A model generated the notes under the pieces. The model saw only the letters and a program-made list of their open reading frames with translations. It made no database searches and was not told the origin of the DNA. The position numbers and the translations under genes are program-made. Shown in pieces: positions 31,801 to 40,887 of a stretch of DNA of 64,000 nt. This DNA comes from an uncultured Desulfobacter sp. (GTDB taxonomy: Bacteria > Desulfobacterota > Desulfobacteria > Desulfobacterales > Desulfobacteraceae). The stretch lies in contig OY762069.1 in NCBI GenBank assembly GCA_963665095.1, forward strand, positions 3,776,001 to 3,840,000, read 5' to 3'. The number at the start of each line of letters is the position of its first letter. The first letter of the stretch is position 1.

Positions 31801-33179
31801 TTTACAATTACGCCTACGTCAACAACCAACTCGCAGGCATTGAACTGCCGGGCACCGGCACCATCACCACCAGTGCCTACAAATGGAACCGGCCTGCCAC
31901 CATCCAGTACCCCGGCGGCAGCAAGCAACTCCGGACCTATGACCCGCTCATGCGCCTGGCCTCGGTAACAGACCAGGACCCCGGCAGCAACAATATCATG
32001 GCCTACACCTACACCCACGATCCCCTGGACAACATCACCCAGAAATCCACGGAACACGGGGACTATAATTACGATTACGACACCCTCCAGCGCCTGACAT
32101 CAGCAGAGAACCCGGAAACCCTGACGGATGAAGCCTTTACCTACGACGCCGTGGGCAACCGTCTCACAGATGCAGAAAACATCGACGCATGGACCTATAA
32201 CCAGAACAACGAACTTGAAACCCACACCAATACAAGTTATGAATACGATAACAACGGAAACACGGTCAAAAAGACGCTTAACGGGGCGACCACTCTGTTT
32301 TTTTACAACCTGGATGACCGCCTTGAACGGGTAGAGAACGGCGCAGGCCAGGTCATCGCCAAATACGGCTACGATCCCTATGGCCGCAGATTGTGGAAAG
32401 AAACCTCCGGCACCAAAACATACTTCATGTATGCCGACGAAGGCCTGATCGGAGAATATACAGCAACAGGCACAGAAACCAAAACCTACGGCTGGAAACC
32501 CGGCTCAACCTGGGGCACTGATCCCTTGTTCATGAAAATCGGAAGCCAATACTACTTCTACTACAATGACCACCTCGGCACGCCTCAAAAAATGACATCC
32601 ATCTCCGGAGCTGTTGTTTGGTCTGCTAAATACAGCTCTTTTGGAAAAGCTGAGGTTGATACGGATTCTACTGTTGAAAATAACTTTAGGTTCCCTGGCC
32701 AATACTTCGACTCTGAAACTGAACTGCATTACAATTGGCACCGTTATTATGATCCTAAGACTGGCAGATACCTGACATCTGACCCTATTGGGCTTGACGG
32801 TGGTATCAATTTATTTGCTTACGCCTCAAACAACCCACTAACCAATGTCGATTTCAATGGCCTTTTACGCATTAGTTATGGCAATTATTGTGGCCCTGGG
32901 ACGAATTTAACCCGAGATATGGCGCCTATCGATGCCGTTGATGCAGCTTGTAAGGCTCATGACCTGTGTTACCAGAAATATGATATAGCGTGGAATAAAT
33001 CCAGAAATGTTCAGTGTCATAAAAGGGAGTGCGATAAACAATTCTATCTTGATCTCGGAAAAGCTTTACGGACAAAAAAATTAAGCCACATAGCAACTAG
33101 TTACGCAAGAGAAGCAAAAGGTTTATTTATATCTGCTTTTCGTGAGCCTTCCATGTATGAACGAAAGTGTTGCCCCTAA
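25863..33179 (+). CDS. Giant FN3/Ig-like + RHS-YD protein copy 3 with PLA2-like tip 3 (probably 5'-truncated)
   Basis: Open frame of >2400 codons; FN3-like repeats; tip YGNYCGPG...DAACKAHDLCY; homology to 36110+ shows that upstream domains are missing. Confidence 0.85.
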   Translation: MTPAHQFQVYQGGLPPLEPPSSLTAKAAAGGIITLGWDAVEDAAGYQVYCKASGEADLTLLTTIEATTTYSHQTTLDGTYTYAVATIREENQEESVSGLSDTVTASADATAPNAPRNLALEMTSKGIKLTWEAPAYTEPVTYAIYRSARTQILSVEGMTPLAKDINQTMVIDPTPSPTDHCYVVTAMDKTGNESAPSDSQYLNFELLPVSTLKVSQTDTDAPVLIWTHADTSGKIQGYFLYLGEDTSGLQVNSVPMAEQAFTDHGYSFDNRSYFVIAVDTNDVQSMGRAITLPRITFTPAADTGIKRGIMNAVSFTIENQSGRALSNMILKADLGGRTHQSDTFALAAKESRAVEVIIGGYDELADIETLAASLVITPNAGETVTITRNSQVDVSDSLMPLQIKNEAFIRGGAGKVWFTLSNTGAADAQIVTAERSNTQDSSEIRYYLMDEDDNVLYSKAFKQSLGDQIITLSNKRTVARIPGGQMFTSAPMDLFVPANAPDTVYVRLEIDHIYNSMGKDNQVTMAGTRTRQEISLKATSYYGEILSIAPEVSKGDQNITITGRAIDRLTDEPLADAALNLFITVNGFERKIPVMTGADGTFTHTFEPLEGEAGIFYVHAVHPDLLDRPDQGSFIINKVQVTPSKIQVSVPRNYEQKISLKVVTETGTDLTNLTVAANAALPQGVHLDCGEPIAIVEGGRTVTLSPVLWADNSAEDTSLIELVVTSDESAGAPWATILVDALYSQSEPALYFTPDHIETGVAQGDMVTETITLSNKGLAAMTGVALTLINSQGNSAPDWIRLNTPSDIGTLAVGDERNVSISFLPGTDEPQGMQVFYLKVESDNYPETKIGLYPTISSSGIGHVLFKLSDIYTGTFNAKNELIRGLGNARIRMQNEATLADHTATTDDLGEALFEDLPSGAYKCKITANNHQEYTGRVWVKPGITVAKEVFLEYNLITVEWEVNEITIEDKYEILLSATFETDVPAAVVVAEPLSVTLPDMEKGDVYLGEFTLTNHGLIRADDLDIPVPDSDDNFQYEILTGIPDSLEAKQRLTIPYRITCLNSLEADEEDQTGGGCYTYQKCIPISYGYECANGRNTSGATRHCFYKSGGTCGSGSSGGSTSGGGSSGYYYSGDGGASSSSSAPSYTPMETDERKCLPSPDPKEPECDKCKATSQNQSITVGSEVNTLMREYRDEATDLTVKTAGGLLSITRRYQSGTWQWDDLKQMVDGRPDATSPYTPSAYGPDYVTRGDVPYEKTASGIYKNETFTIERKTDTDQYQADKYTFKDKHGNWIIYDTSGRPMSYGSRTGTTATYLYNSQYDTRPSGLEDRYGALVFSFDFDGDGNLIRVYDADAREVRYDYTDGRLTRVTDVLDHETAYEYSNGNLIKKTNALGHETLITYNSSNDPVEVTNPGGGAYTFEYDYDKNKKQYYAMVKTPGGTVREMWYSADSDTIRVDINGETIQKVDVDNRTHIITDRAGNETIKTYDENDNLKSITYPDGTKVLYQYDLSLNKPVQKQDRRNSITTNEYDNAGNLIQKVDAKGTTTERTTTYTYDADGNILSSTIEADTSTEESTTTFTYDTTGNLESVTDPEGHTTRFTSFDIMGNVLAKTDARGKEWSYIYDAKGRLTATTDPLDHTTTFEYDALDNRTAVIDPNLKRTEYEYDTLSNLVKVKDPLGNGTLMTYTPDQKLSSQTDATGSTTAYEYDNENRLTLTMDPAGNETRLTYTDGSGCSSCASGSGNQIDTVTYPTFKKQFTYDTQGRKLTETDILSDTESRTTAFEYDNAGNLILKTDAQDNDTLYAYDALNRLTIVADPAGGMTRYEYDARDNLISLTDANDNTTRFEYDRANRLTKEIRPMGQTTAYVYDESGNLAQKTDAKNQLTTYTYDTANRLTQIKYYADASDPDSAKTVKFTYDNAGNLLTWNDGSASGTFTYDDLNRKLTDTVNFGPFTKTITYTWAANSQKNSYTDPSGNVYNYAYVNNQLAGIELPGTGTITTSAYKWNRPATIQYPGGSKQLRTYDPLMRLASVTDQDPGSNNIMAYTYTHDPLDNITQKSTEHGDYNYDYDTLQRLTSAENPETLTDEAFTYDAVGNRLTDAENIDAWTYNQNNELETHTNTSYEYDNNGNTVKKTLNGATTLFFYNLDDRLERVENGAGQVIAKYGYDPYGRRLWKETSGTKTYFMYADEGLIGEYTATGTETKTYGWKPGSTWGTDPLFMKIGSQYYFYYNDHLGTPQKMTSISGAVVWSAKYSSFGKAEVDTDSTVENNFRFPGQYFDSETELHYNWHRYYDPKTGRYLTSDPIGLDGGINLFAYASNNPLTNVDFNGLLRISYGNYCGPGTNLTRDMAPIDAVDAACKAHDLCYQKYDIAWNKSRNVQCHKRECDKQFYLDLGKALRTKKLSHIATSYAREAKGLFISAFREPSMYERKCCP

Positions 33180-33193
33180 AGGAGCATTATAAT

Positions 33194-33508
33194 TTGGCAA
33201 AGTTAAACTCAAAAAATGGGATTACAATTTCTATGATTCTGGTTTTTCTTGCATTTATTGGATTTTATTTATTTAAAATTTTAGCCTTTGCAGCACAGGG
33301 TGGTTCTGGCTATAAAGTTAAAATTTTTTTTCAATTTTTGTTGTTTCTAATTGAATTCATAGGGGTTTACGGAGTAATGGTTCCTGTTATAGGAATAATA
33401 AATGATTTTTCCCAAAAACCAAAGATTAGTTGGACTATGCTTACGTCATTTTCTTTCATATTAGCACTTATTGTATTTTTAATAACGAGGCACCATATTG
33501 GGCTGTAA
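33194..33508 (+). CDS. Putative membrane immunity protein 3
   Basis: AAGGAG RBS then TTG; three hydrophobic segments; adjacent to the toxin tip. Confidence 0.7.
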   Translation: MAKLNSKNGITISMILVFLAFIGFYLFKILAFAAQGGSGYKVKIFFQFLLFLIEFIGVYGVMVPVIGIINDFSQKPKISWTMLTSFSFILALIVFLITRHHIGL

Positions 33509-33665
33509 ATGTTACCGTTAAAAATATAGTCTTACTTTTTGCCAAATTACATATTCATAAAAATAAATATAATGAATTGCTTTCTTTTTTCCAAAAATGA
33601 ATTCTGTGGCGTTCAGTTTCAGGAGGCAAACATTAAAAGGTCCATGTCCTTTTTTTATGAAGGGC

Positions 33666-34100
33666 TCAGGGTAATTTATCAACAAAAATTTTAGCAGTAA
33701 TAATCTGTATGCCCTGGTAGTGTTTCAGTTCAAGGAGATGATTATCTCCAGAAACGATAAAGTCGGCTTTGGCCTCCAAGGCACAGGCCAGGAACTTGTT
33801 GTCGTCAGGGTCGGTCTTGAGCCTGTCAGTTTTGTACCGGTCCCGGGTCACAACAAAGGCCCGCTCCCGGATTAGATCAATGATCTCATCCTCTTCGCCC
33901 TTATGAACAAACAGCTTTTCATGGAGGTAAGGCTTTTGGAGGGTGGCTTTGATTTCAGCCAGGATTTGGTCTGATACGGCCAGTTCAAAGGCCTGGGCAA
34001 GCCATAGCTGCTGAAGTTGATAGGCGTTGCCCTTTTGAGCGAACAGGCCAGAGACAAAGAGGTTGGTGTCGATAACAGCCCTAAGCGTTTTGTTCTTCAA
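33666..34100 (-). CDS. PIN-domain putative TA toxin
   Basis: VIDTNLFVS, DPDDNKFLACA, IVSGDNHLL. Confidence 0.9.
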   Translation of the reverse strand: MKNKTLRAVIDTNLFVSGLFAQKGNAYQLQQLWLAQAFELAVSDQILAEIKATLQKPYLHEKLFVHKGEEDEIIDLIRERAFVVTRDRYKTDRLKTDPDDNKFLACALEAKADFIVSGDNHLLELKHYQGIQIITAKIFVDKLP

Positions 34101-34578
34101 GCCTTACCGCCTGTACCGCCTGATCCACAACCTGCATGATCTGATCTTCAGAATAGCCTTTGGCACGCTTGCGCAGCTTAGACAGAGTCTGGCGCATCCG
34201 ATCTTCCCAGGGCTCCTCTTTTTTAGGCTTGATGACGTCCTGTACCTTGTTTTTGATGATAATGGCTTCGATCAGGATTTTGATTGTCCTCTTGCTCTCC
34301 GCGTCCATACGTTCTACTTCCTTAAACTTTTCAAACAGATCAAGATCCTCGATCTGGCTGAGGCCGTCCTTGGGGACATTGTCAAAAATCAGATAGTCCG
34401 CGCTGGTTTCAAGGCCTTCTGCGATTTTTCTCAATGTGTCTGCCGTGGGGATGATCCTGCCGTTCTCGTATTTGCTCAACAGCTTTGAATTTACCCCGGA
34501 TTTTTTCTCCAGCAGTACCTGGGACAACCCCTTCTCCTGCCGCAGCATTCTTATTTTTTCTCCCAGAGATGGTGTCAT
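34081..34578 (-). CDS. XRE-family HTH regulator / probable antitoxin
   Basis: LGEKIRMLRQEKGLSQ...SKYENG; AGGAGG RBS; overlaps the PIN gene. Confidence 0.85.
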   Translation of the reverse strand: MTPSLGEKIRMLRQEKGLSQVLLEKKSGVNSKLLSKYENGRIIPTADTLRKIAEGLETSADYLIFDNVPKDGLSQIEDLDLFEKFKEVERMDAESKRTIKILIEAIIIKNKVQDVIKPKKEEPWEDRMRQTLSKLRKRAKGYSEDQIMQVVDQAVQAVRLEEQNA

Positions 34579-34904
34579 ACACTGAACCTCCTGTAAGTGT
34601 GTTTCATCTATTATATCACACAATCCCAAAAAGTCTTTATCCCAATGAAAAATGATTTTATCTTAACAATAGAAAATATGCCTATATTTTGTAAATAGTA
34701 TCTTATATACCACCTTATATAGTGTTATATGTGCTATATTATCTCAATAAGAATTGCAAATACTTTTTAAAACGTACGAATTAAAAAAAAGGCCATCAAC
34801 TCCAACTCGCCAAAGTTTACCAGTTGATGGTCTTGAGAACAGTTTACAAAGGGGGCAAGTCCGTTTGCAACCGCTTTTCTTCTCTATTTCACCTCCTTCA
34901 AAGG

Positions 34905-36515
34905 TTATGATTCAGTCTCAGGCCGGGAATTCCGACATTCAATACATAGAATTGGGATCAGAGAACTGGTCCATGGACATAATCCTGAACCAGGGAAGCC
35001 TATTGTGCACTGGTTCTGAACGGTGAAAAAGTTGGGGAACATTCAAATCAGACTTCCTGGGCCCACACTGTAACGCTGGAGACAGGGCAGAACATATTTA
35101 CATTTGCTCTGGAAGACCGGGCAGGCAATATTTCTGATTCAGCCACGGCAGAGATCTTTTTTGGCAATACTCCGCCTCCTGCCGTTGACAACCTGTCCAT
35201 TAATCCTGACGGAGACGGCAGAACCGTTGCCCTGGACTGGCAGGGGTCTGATGAAAGTATCCATGGAGATGTGGAAGGCTACAGGATTTATGCGCAGCCC
35301 AATGCATTCACATCCGTTTCCAGCCTGACTGCCATTAAAACAATTGATGCCGGAACGTTTAAAACCTCAATCACCGGCCTGAACCGTAACACCCGGTACT
35401 GGATTGCAGTTGTCGCCTTTGATCATGCGGGCAACTGCCAAACCCAGGCAACGCCTGTTGAGACCAAACCTGTGGATATCATTCCACCGGAACCGCCCCA
35501 AGCGTTGACTGTCAAGTGTTTTGAAACCCACCTGCTTCTTGGCTTTTCCCCTTCGGCAAACACGAACGCAGATCTTGCCGGATACAACATTTTTTAACCA
35601 TTACCCCGAACAACGGCATCCCCATATCCGTCACCCTGAAACAGCAAAGCGACATGATTTATGAAGGCAGTTTCACCATTGCAAACACCACGCCCTCGGG
35701 CACGGCCTATGCCGTATTCTCCGCCAGGGATATGGCCGGCAAAAGGGGCACAGAGATCCTGTCCGGCGGCCAGATCCTGATCGACACCCGGGGGCCGGTT
35801 GTCTCCCGCCTTGAGATAGCCCCTGCCTCCCCGGTTAAAAACGATTATGACAATCCTGTGGCCATGACATTCATCCTCGGCCTGACCGAACAAGTTAAAA
35901 CAGGGACCACTCCGTCTGTCACCCTGACGCTTTCCGCCACAGGCGATGTGCCGGATACCGCCGTGATCACCCCGGCTGATCCTGAGACCGGCGAAGGCCA
36001 GGCCTGGCAGGCCGTTATCACCCTGCCCAAAGAAGCCGGACAGGCCGATGCAGAAACCGCCACCATTCAATTCTCGGGCCGGGACGATCTTGATAACCTC
36101 AGCACTGCCATTACGCCTGTCAACCAGTTCCAGGTCTACCAGGGCGGACTGCCGCCCCTGGCACCACCGTCGTCTCTGACAGCAAAAGCCGCGGCCGGCG
36201 GTATCATCACCCTCACCTGGGATGCCGTGGAAGATGCCGCAGGCTACCAGATTTACTGTAAAGCCCCGGGTGAGGCAGACCTGACACTGCTGGAAACAAT
36301 TGAAGCAACAACCACCCACACCCACCAGACAACCCTCGACGGTACCTACACCTATGCCGTGGCCACCATCAGGATAGAAAACCAGGAAGAGTCCGTCTCG
36401 GGCTTAAGCGACACTGTCACGGCCAGTGCCGATGCCACAGCCCCCAATGCCCGGAACACTGTATACGTGCGCCTGGAAATTGACCATATATACAACAGCC
36501 TGGGTCAGGACAGCC
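34905..36515 (+). pseudogene. Degraded N-terminal (Ig/FN3) fragments of the giant Rhs protein
   Basis: 36110-36452 matches the start of copy 3; stops, frameshifts and internal deletions are present. Confidence 0.8.
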
Positions 36516-36516
36516 G

Positions 36517-37118
36517 GCCCGGACATTTCACCTGTGCACCCCTGAAGATAAAGACAAGTTTCGATTTCTAATGATTTATATTGATCCGGAGTGGTTTTTC
36601 AATGAGTTCGGATTTAAAGCCCACAGGGCGCGCCCCTTAGCGGTGTAAAGTGGACCCCGTCCCAGGTGAAGATGAAACAACATTTTATTTCCCAGTTCAA
36701 TGACCCTTGCGATCCATTTATCCTGGAAAGCGAAACACTGATATTTATCGGTGCCATGCTGCTTGAGGTTTTTGGAATAAAAGAGTCCGCAAAAACCTTT
36801 CCCGGCACCGACAATGATCTTGCCGCTGTTAAAACCTTTCTTGATGAACATTTCCGCGACCCCATCCAGCTTGACACCCTTGCCGGACAATACCCGAAAA
36901 GCAAATTTGCCCTGTTGAGAAATTTTAAAAAAGCCTATGAACTGCCTCCCCATGCCTACCTTTTAAACCTGCGTGTCAATGAATCCAAACGGCTGTTACT
37001 TAAGGGACACAGTGTGGCGGATACGGCAGTGGCCTGCGGTTTTTTTGACCAGAGCCATTTTATCAAGACCTTTAAGCGGTATGTGGGGATGAATCCGACT
37101 AATTATCAGGGATCGTGA
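36517..37118 (+). pseudogene. AraC-family regulator, 5'-truncated and frameshifted
   Basis: C-terminal HTH ...ACGFFDQSHFIKTFKRYVG; upstream remnant in another frame is fused to the Rhs fragment. Confidence 0.75.
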
Positions 37119-37246
37119 ACAATCTTTAATTCTGCAATTTTTTACAATCCAGACATCTATATTTCCTCTTATAAAATTGACAAAAAACCGCATGGGTATC
37201 ACAAACCTTTGCATCATTAAACGGATAAAAGATAAGGAAAAACACC

Positions 37247-37651
37247 ATGGATAAAATTGTCATGATTGTGAATAAAGCACTGCCCACAGGGCTTGCGGCC
37301 AATACCGCCGCAGTGCTGGGCATCAGCCTGGGCACACAACGAAAAGATATTGTGGGCGCGGCCTGCGTGGATAAAACCGGGGTCTGCCACAAAGGGATCA
37401 CAGAACAAAATATCCCGGTACTGGCTGCACCCCCCGATGATTTAAATCACATTTACCGCAAATCCATAGACAATGACCAAATCAACGTGATTGATTTCAG
37501 CAAAACAGCCCAAGCCTGCCGTAACTATAAGGAGTATACATCAACGCTATCAACAATTGAAAACAAGGACCTTGAATTCTCAGGTCTCTGCCTTTCAGGA
37601 CCTGAAAAAGAGATTATATCACTTACCGGCTCACTGGCATTGTTCCGGTAG
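37247..37651 (+). CDS. DUF2000-like protein
   Basis: LPTGLAANTAAVLG...TGSLALFR pattern; typical neighbour of AraC genes. Confidence 0.75.
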   Translation: MDKIVMIVNKALPTGLAANTAAVLGISLGTQRKDIVGAACVDKTGVCHKGITEQNIPVLAAPPDDLNHIYRKSIDNDQINVIDFSKTAQACRNYKEYTSTLSTIENKDLEFSGLCLSGPEKEIISLTGSLALFR

Positions 37652-37669
37652 GCCTTAAAAGGAAGAGAT

Positions 37670-38211
37670 CATGGATTCAAGATATTGAACTGCAGAACAG
37701 GCAGCGCCCGGTTCCCGGATTCTTTGACCTGGTGGACACACCTGTTGAAATAGATACCTTTTTAGCCCATGGCCAGATCCTCCAGGCAGCCCCCAATATC
37801 ACAATGGAAATCATCCATGCCCCGGGACACTCTCCAGGCAGCCTGAACATCCTGTTTCAGGAGGCGGGTATCTTTTTTACGGCGGATTCCATCCCCGTGG
37901 TCAACGATATCCCCAACTATGACAGTTTTACAGATCTGAACCAGACCTTGAAAAAAATCAGAACAAAAAAAATGTTCAAACACTTCTCTCCTCCTGGAAA
38001 CATGCTGTAACCACCCCTGAAGAGATCCGATCATTTATAGAACAGGGAGCAACCTATATAAAGGATCTGGATGAAGTGGTAAAGCGTGTATATGTGGGAA
38101 AGGAGGCAGCGCCACTTGAGTTCTGCAAAAAAAACAATATCCATGCTGGGCCTTCCTCCCTTTTATGTCAATCCTCTGGTAGACAAGGCATTTAAAGGAT
38201 ATATCAAATGA
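37670..38211 (+). pseudogene. Metallo-beta-lactamase-fold hydrolase remnant
   Basis: HAPGHSPGS and FTADSIP motifs; the N-terminal HxHxDH is missing; frameshifts. Confidence 0.65.
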
Positions 38212-38498
38212 AAAGAGTTGTTTTTGTGGTGTTGATCCATAAAATCAGCAACCAACAAATGTACGAGCAGTACATCCAACTGGTGGTCGAAATTATAAAT
38301 GCCCACCATGGTGAATACCTTGCCAGGAGCAACAGAATCACCCCTTTTTGCGGCAAACAGCCCCAGCGGTCAATCATTATCGGCTTTGATACCATGGAAC
38401 AAGCCCTTAAATGTTTTTCATCCAAGGCTTACTCGGCAATAAAGCCCCTGCGTGAGAACAGCACCACTTCAACTGCTTTTTTTCTGGAAAATCCCTGA
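38208..38498 (+). CDS. DUF1330-like protein
   Basis: HHGEYLAR...IIGFDTMEQA...Y..IKPLR pattern. Confidence 0.7.
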   Translation: MKRVVFVVLIHKISNQQMYEQYIQLVVEIINAHHGEYLARSNRITPFCGKQPQRSIIIGFDTMEQALKCFSSKAYSAIKPLRENSTTSTAFFLENP

Positions 38499-38522
38499 AC
38501 CCTTGAAAAAAAATTATCCATC

Positions 38523-38536
38523 TTGATTCAGATCAA
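38523..38536. promoter_or_regulatory. FNR/Dnr/HcpR-type box upstream of hcp
   Basis: Perfect TTGAT-N4-ATCAA about 85 bp before the hcp start. Confidence 0.75.
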
Positions 38537-38621
38537 GGTTTTGCTTTTGTGCTCATGGTAGCCTGCTCCTGAAGTTAAGGAAAAAATAAAACCACCAACA
38601 TTCAGGACGAAAGGAGTCACC

Positions 38622-40265
38622 ATGTTTTGTTTTCAATGCCAGGAAGCAGCTAAAAACCAGGGCTGCACAATCAAGGGAATGTGCGGAAAGGAAAACACCA
38701 CAGCCAATCTGCAGGATCTTCTGATCTACAATCTCAAAGGGATTGCCGTGATTGCCGAAAGCTTAAAGGCTGCGGGTACTGATGTTCCGGATTCTGCCCC
38801 GGCGTTCATGGGCCAGGCACTTTTTACCACCATCACCAATGCCAATTTCAACGATGAAAACCTTATTGACTGGATCATGAGGGCACAAGCCGTTAAGAAC
38901 GAGCTGGCCGATGCCGCCGGAGAAAAGCTTACGCAAGGTCTTCACCACAGCGCCGGCTGGTACAGCGATGATCCGGCATCCTTCCAGGCCAAAGCGGAAA
39001 CCGTAGGGGTGATGGCCACGGAAGATGAAGATGTCCGCTCTCTGCGGGAACTTTTAATTCTGGGTCTTAAAGGGGTGGCAGCCTATGCCGACCACGCTGC
39101 TGTCCTGGGAGTGGAAAAACAGGAGATCTGGGATTTTCTCATCCAGGGAATGGCCAGCACCACCAAGGATCTGCCTTTAGATGACATGGTAGGACTGGTG
39201 CTGAAATGCGGCGAGGTGGCCGTAACCACCATGGCAGCGTTGGATGAAGCCAACACAAATGCATACGGCCATCCGGAACTCTCCGAGGTCAACATCGGGG
39301 TAGGCTCCAATCCCGGAATTCTCATCTCCGGCCATGATCTCAAGGATATGGAAGAGCTGCTGGAGCAGACCAGGGATACGGGCGTGGATATATACACCCA
39401 CGGGGAAATGCTGCCTGCCAACTACTATCCGGCCTTTAAAAAGTATGCCCATCTCAAGGGCAACTACGGCGGTTCCTGGTGGCACCAGAACACGGAATTC
39501 CAGGCCTTTAACGGCCCTATCCTTCTGACCACCAACTGCCTGGTTCCTTTGAAAAAAGAGAATACCTACCTGGACCGGCTCTATACCACAGGGGTACCGT
39601 CCTACCCCGGCGCCACCCACATTGCAGACCGGCCCAGAGGCGGGGCAAAAGATTTCTCCGCCCTCATTGCCCGGGCCAAAACCTGCGCACCACCCACGGA
39701 AATTGAAACAGGAAAAATTGTTGGCGGGTTTGCACGCAACCAGGTGCTGGCCCTTGCCGATAAAGTGGTGGATGCAGTCAAAACCGGGGCCATTAAACGC
39801 TTTGTGGTCATGGCAGGCTGCGACGGCCGCCAGAAAGGCAGAAACTATTTTACCGAAGTGGCCCAAACCCTGCCCGAGGATGCCGTGATCCTCACCGCAG
39901 GCTGCGCCAAGTACCGGTACAACAAGCTTGATTTAGGTGACATCGGCGGAATTCCAAGGCTATTGGATGCCGGCCAGTGCAACGACTGCTACTCTTTGGC
40001 CGTGATTGCCCTGAAACTTAAAGAGGTGTTCGGCCTGGAAGATATTAATGAGCTGCCGCTCTCCTTTGATATCGGCTGGTATGAACAAAAGGCCGTGGCC
40101 GTTCTTTTAGCCCTGCTCCACCTGGGTGTGAAAGGGATCCGTCTTGGGCCGACACTGCCGGCCTTTATCTCCCCTGCGGTACTCAATGTACTGGTGAAAA
40201 ATTTTGACATCAAACCCATTACCGAGCCGGAAGCCGATGTGGCTGCCATCATGGCCGGAAAATAA
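38622..40265 (+). CDS. hcp: Hybrid cluster protein (hydroxylamine reductase)
   Basis: MFCFQCQE...GCT..GMCGK, SGHDLKD, THGEM, GCDG, AGQCND, WYEQKA. Confidence 0.97.
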   Translation: MFCFQCQEAAKNQGCTIKGMCGKENTTANLQDLLIYNLKGIAVIAESLKAAGTDVPDSAPAFMGQALFTTITNANFNDENLIDWIMRAQAVKNELADAAGEKLTQGLHHSAGWYSDDPASFQAKAETVGVMATEDEDVRSLRELLILGLKGVAAYADHAAVLGVEKQEIWDFLIQGMASTTKDLPLDDMVGLVLKCGEVAVTTMAALDEANTNAYGHPELSEVNIGVGSNPGILISGHDLKDMEELLEQTRDTGVDIYTHGEMLPANYYPAFKKYAHLKGNYGGSWWHQNTEFQAFNGPILLTTNCLVPLKKENTYLDRLYTTGVPSYPGATHIADRPRGGAKDFSALIARAKTCAPPTEIETGKIVGGFARNQVLALADKVVDAVKTGAIKRFVVMAGCDGRQKGRNYFTEVAQTLPEDAVILTAGCAKYRYNKLDLGDIGGIPRLLDAGQCNDCYSLAVIALKLKEVFGLEDINELPLSFDIGWYEQKAVAVLLALLHLGVKGIRLGPTLPAFISPAVLNVLVKNFDIKPITEPEADVAAIMAGK

Positions 40266-40346
40266 AAGAACGTTGTGCGCTGCCCGGAACACCTTTGCTC
40301 CGGGCAGCCATGCCTGAAATATAGGATAGAACACAGGAGGGATGCC

Positions 40347-40696
40347 ATGAAACAGATCCAGAAAAATGCGACGTCTGCGGTGCCTGCGTACCGTCATGCG
40401 CCGAAGGGGCCATCCGGATCGTAGATGGTAAGACAAAAGTTGTTGCCGACAAATATTGCGACGGATTAGGCGCCTGTTTAGGAGAGTGCCCCCAATTTGA
40501 TGATGCAGCGCTCTATGTGGAGAAACTGTCCCAGATCTTTGCCCGGGACGGCATCAAATCCGTCACCGTCGTGGTTATGGAAGTACCCTGCTGCTCGGGT
40601 ATGCCGAAAATCATTGAAAAGGCCATGGAGAAGGCAGGTGTTGAAATTCCTTTAAAAACTATAGTGGTCTCCGCAAAGGGAGAGGTTCTGTTATAA
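40347..40696 (+). pseudogene. hcp-associated 4Fe-4S protein remnant with internal deletions
   Basis: CDVCGACVPSCAEGAI, YCDGLGACLGECP joined directly to FDD...MEVPCCSG; the ATG after AGGAGG is out of frame. Confidence 0.75.
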
Positions 40697-40887
40697 TCCG
40701 GGACCAGAACAACTTGTAGCACTTTCCCACCCGGCCACAGCATAATAAATAAGAATCAAAATGGTACCAGGGATTAAATTCTCTGCCATTTTGATTCATT
40801 TTAAAGGGGAATCGCTGGCAGCTGAGGCCCGAAAGTGGGCCCGGCTAAATCGTGAACAGTGTAAAGACTTAAAAGGTGCCCCGGCCT

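Noticed and set aside
3007..32741. Many antisense and alternate-frame ORFs repeated across the Rhs copies
   Set aside because: Shadows of codon bias; they recur only because the DNA is duplicated
2897..33179. Diversity-generating retroelement behind the near-identical repeats
   Set aside because: No reverse transcriptase in the window, and the differences are not adenine-specific
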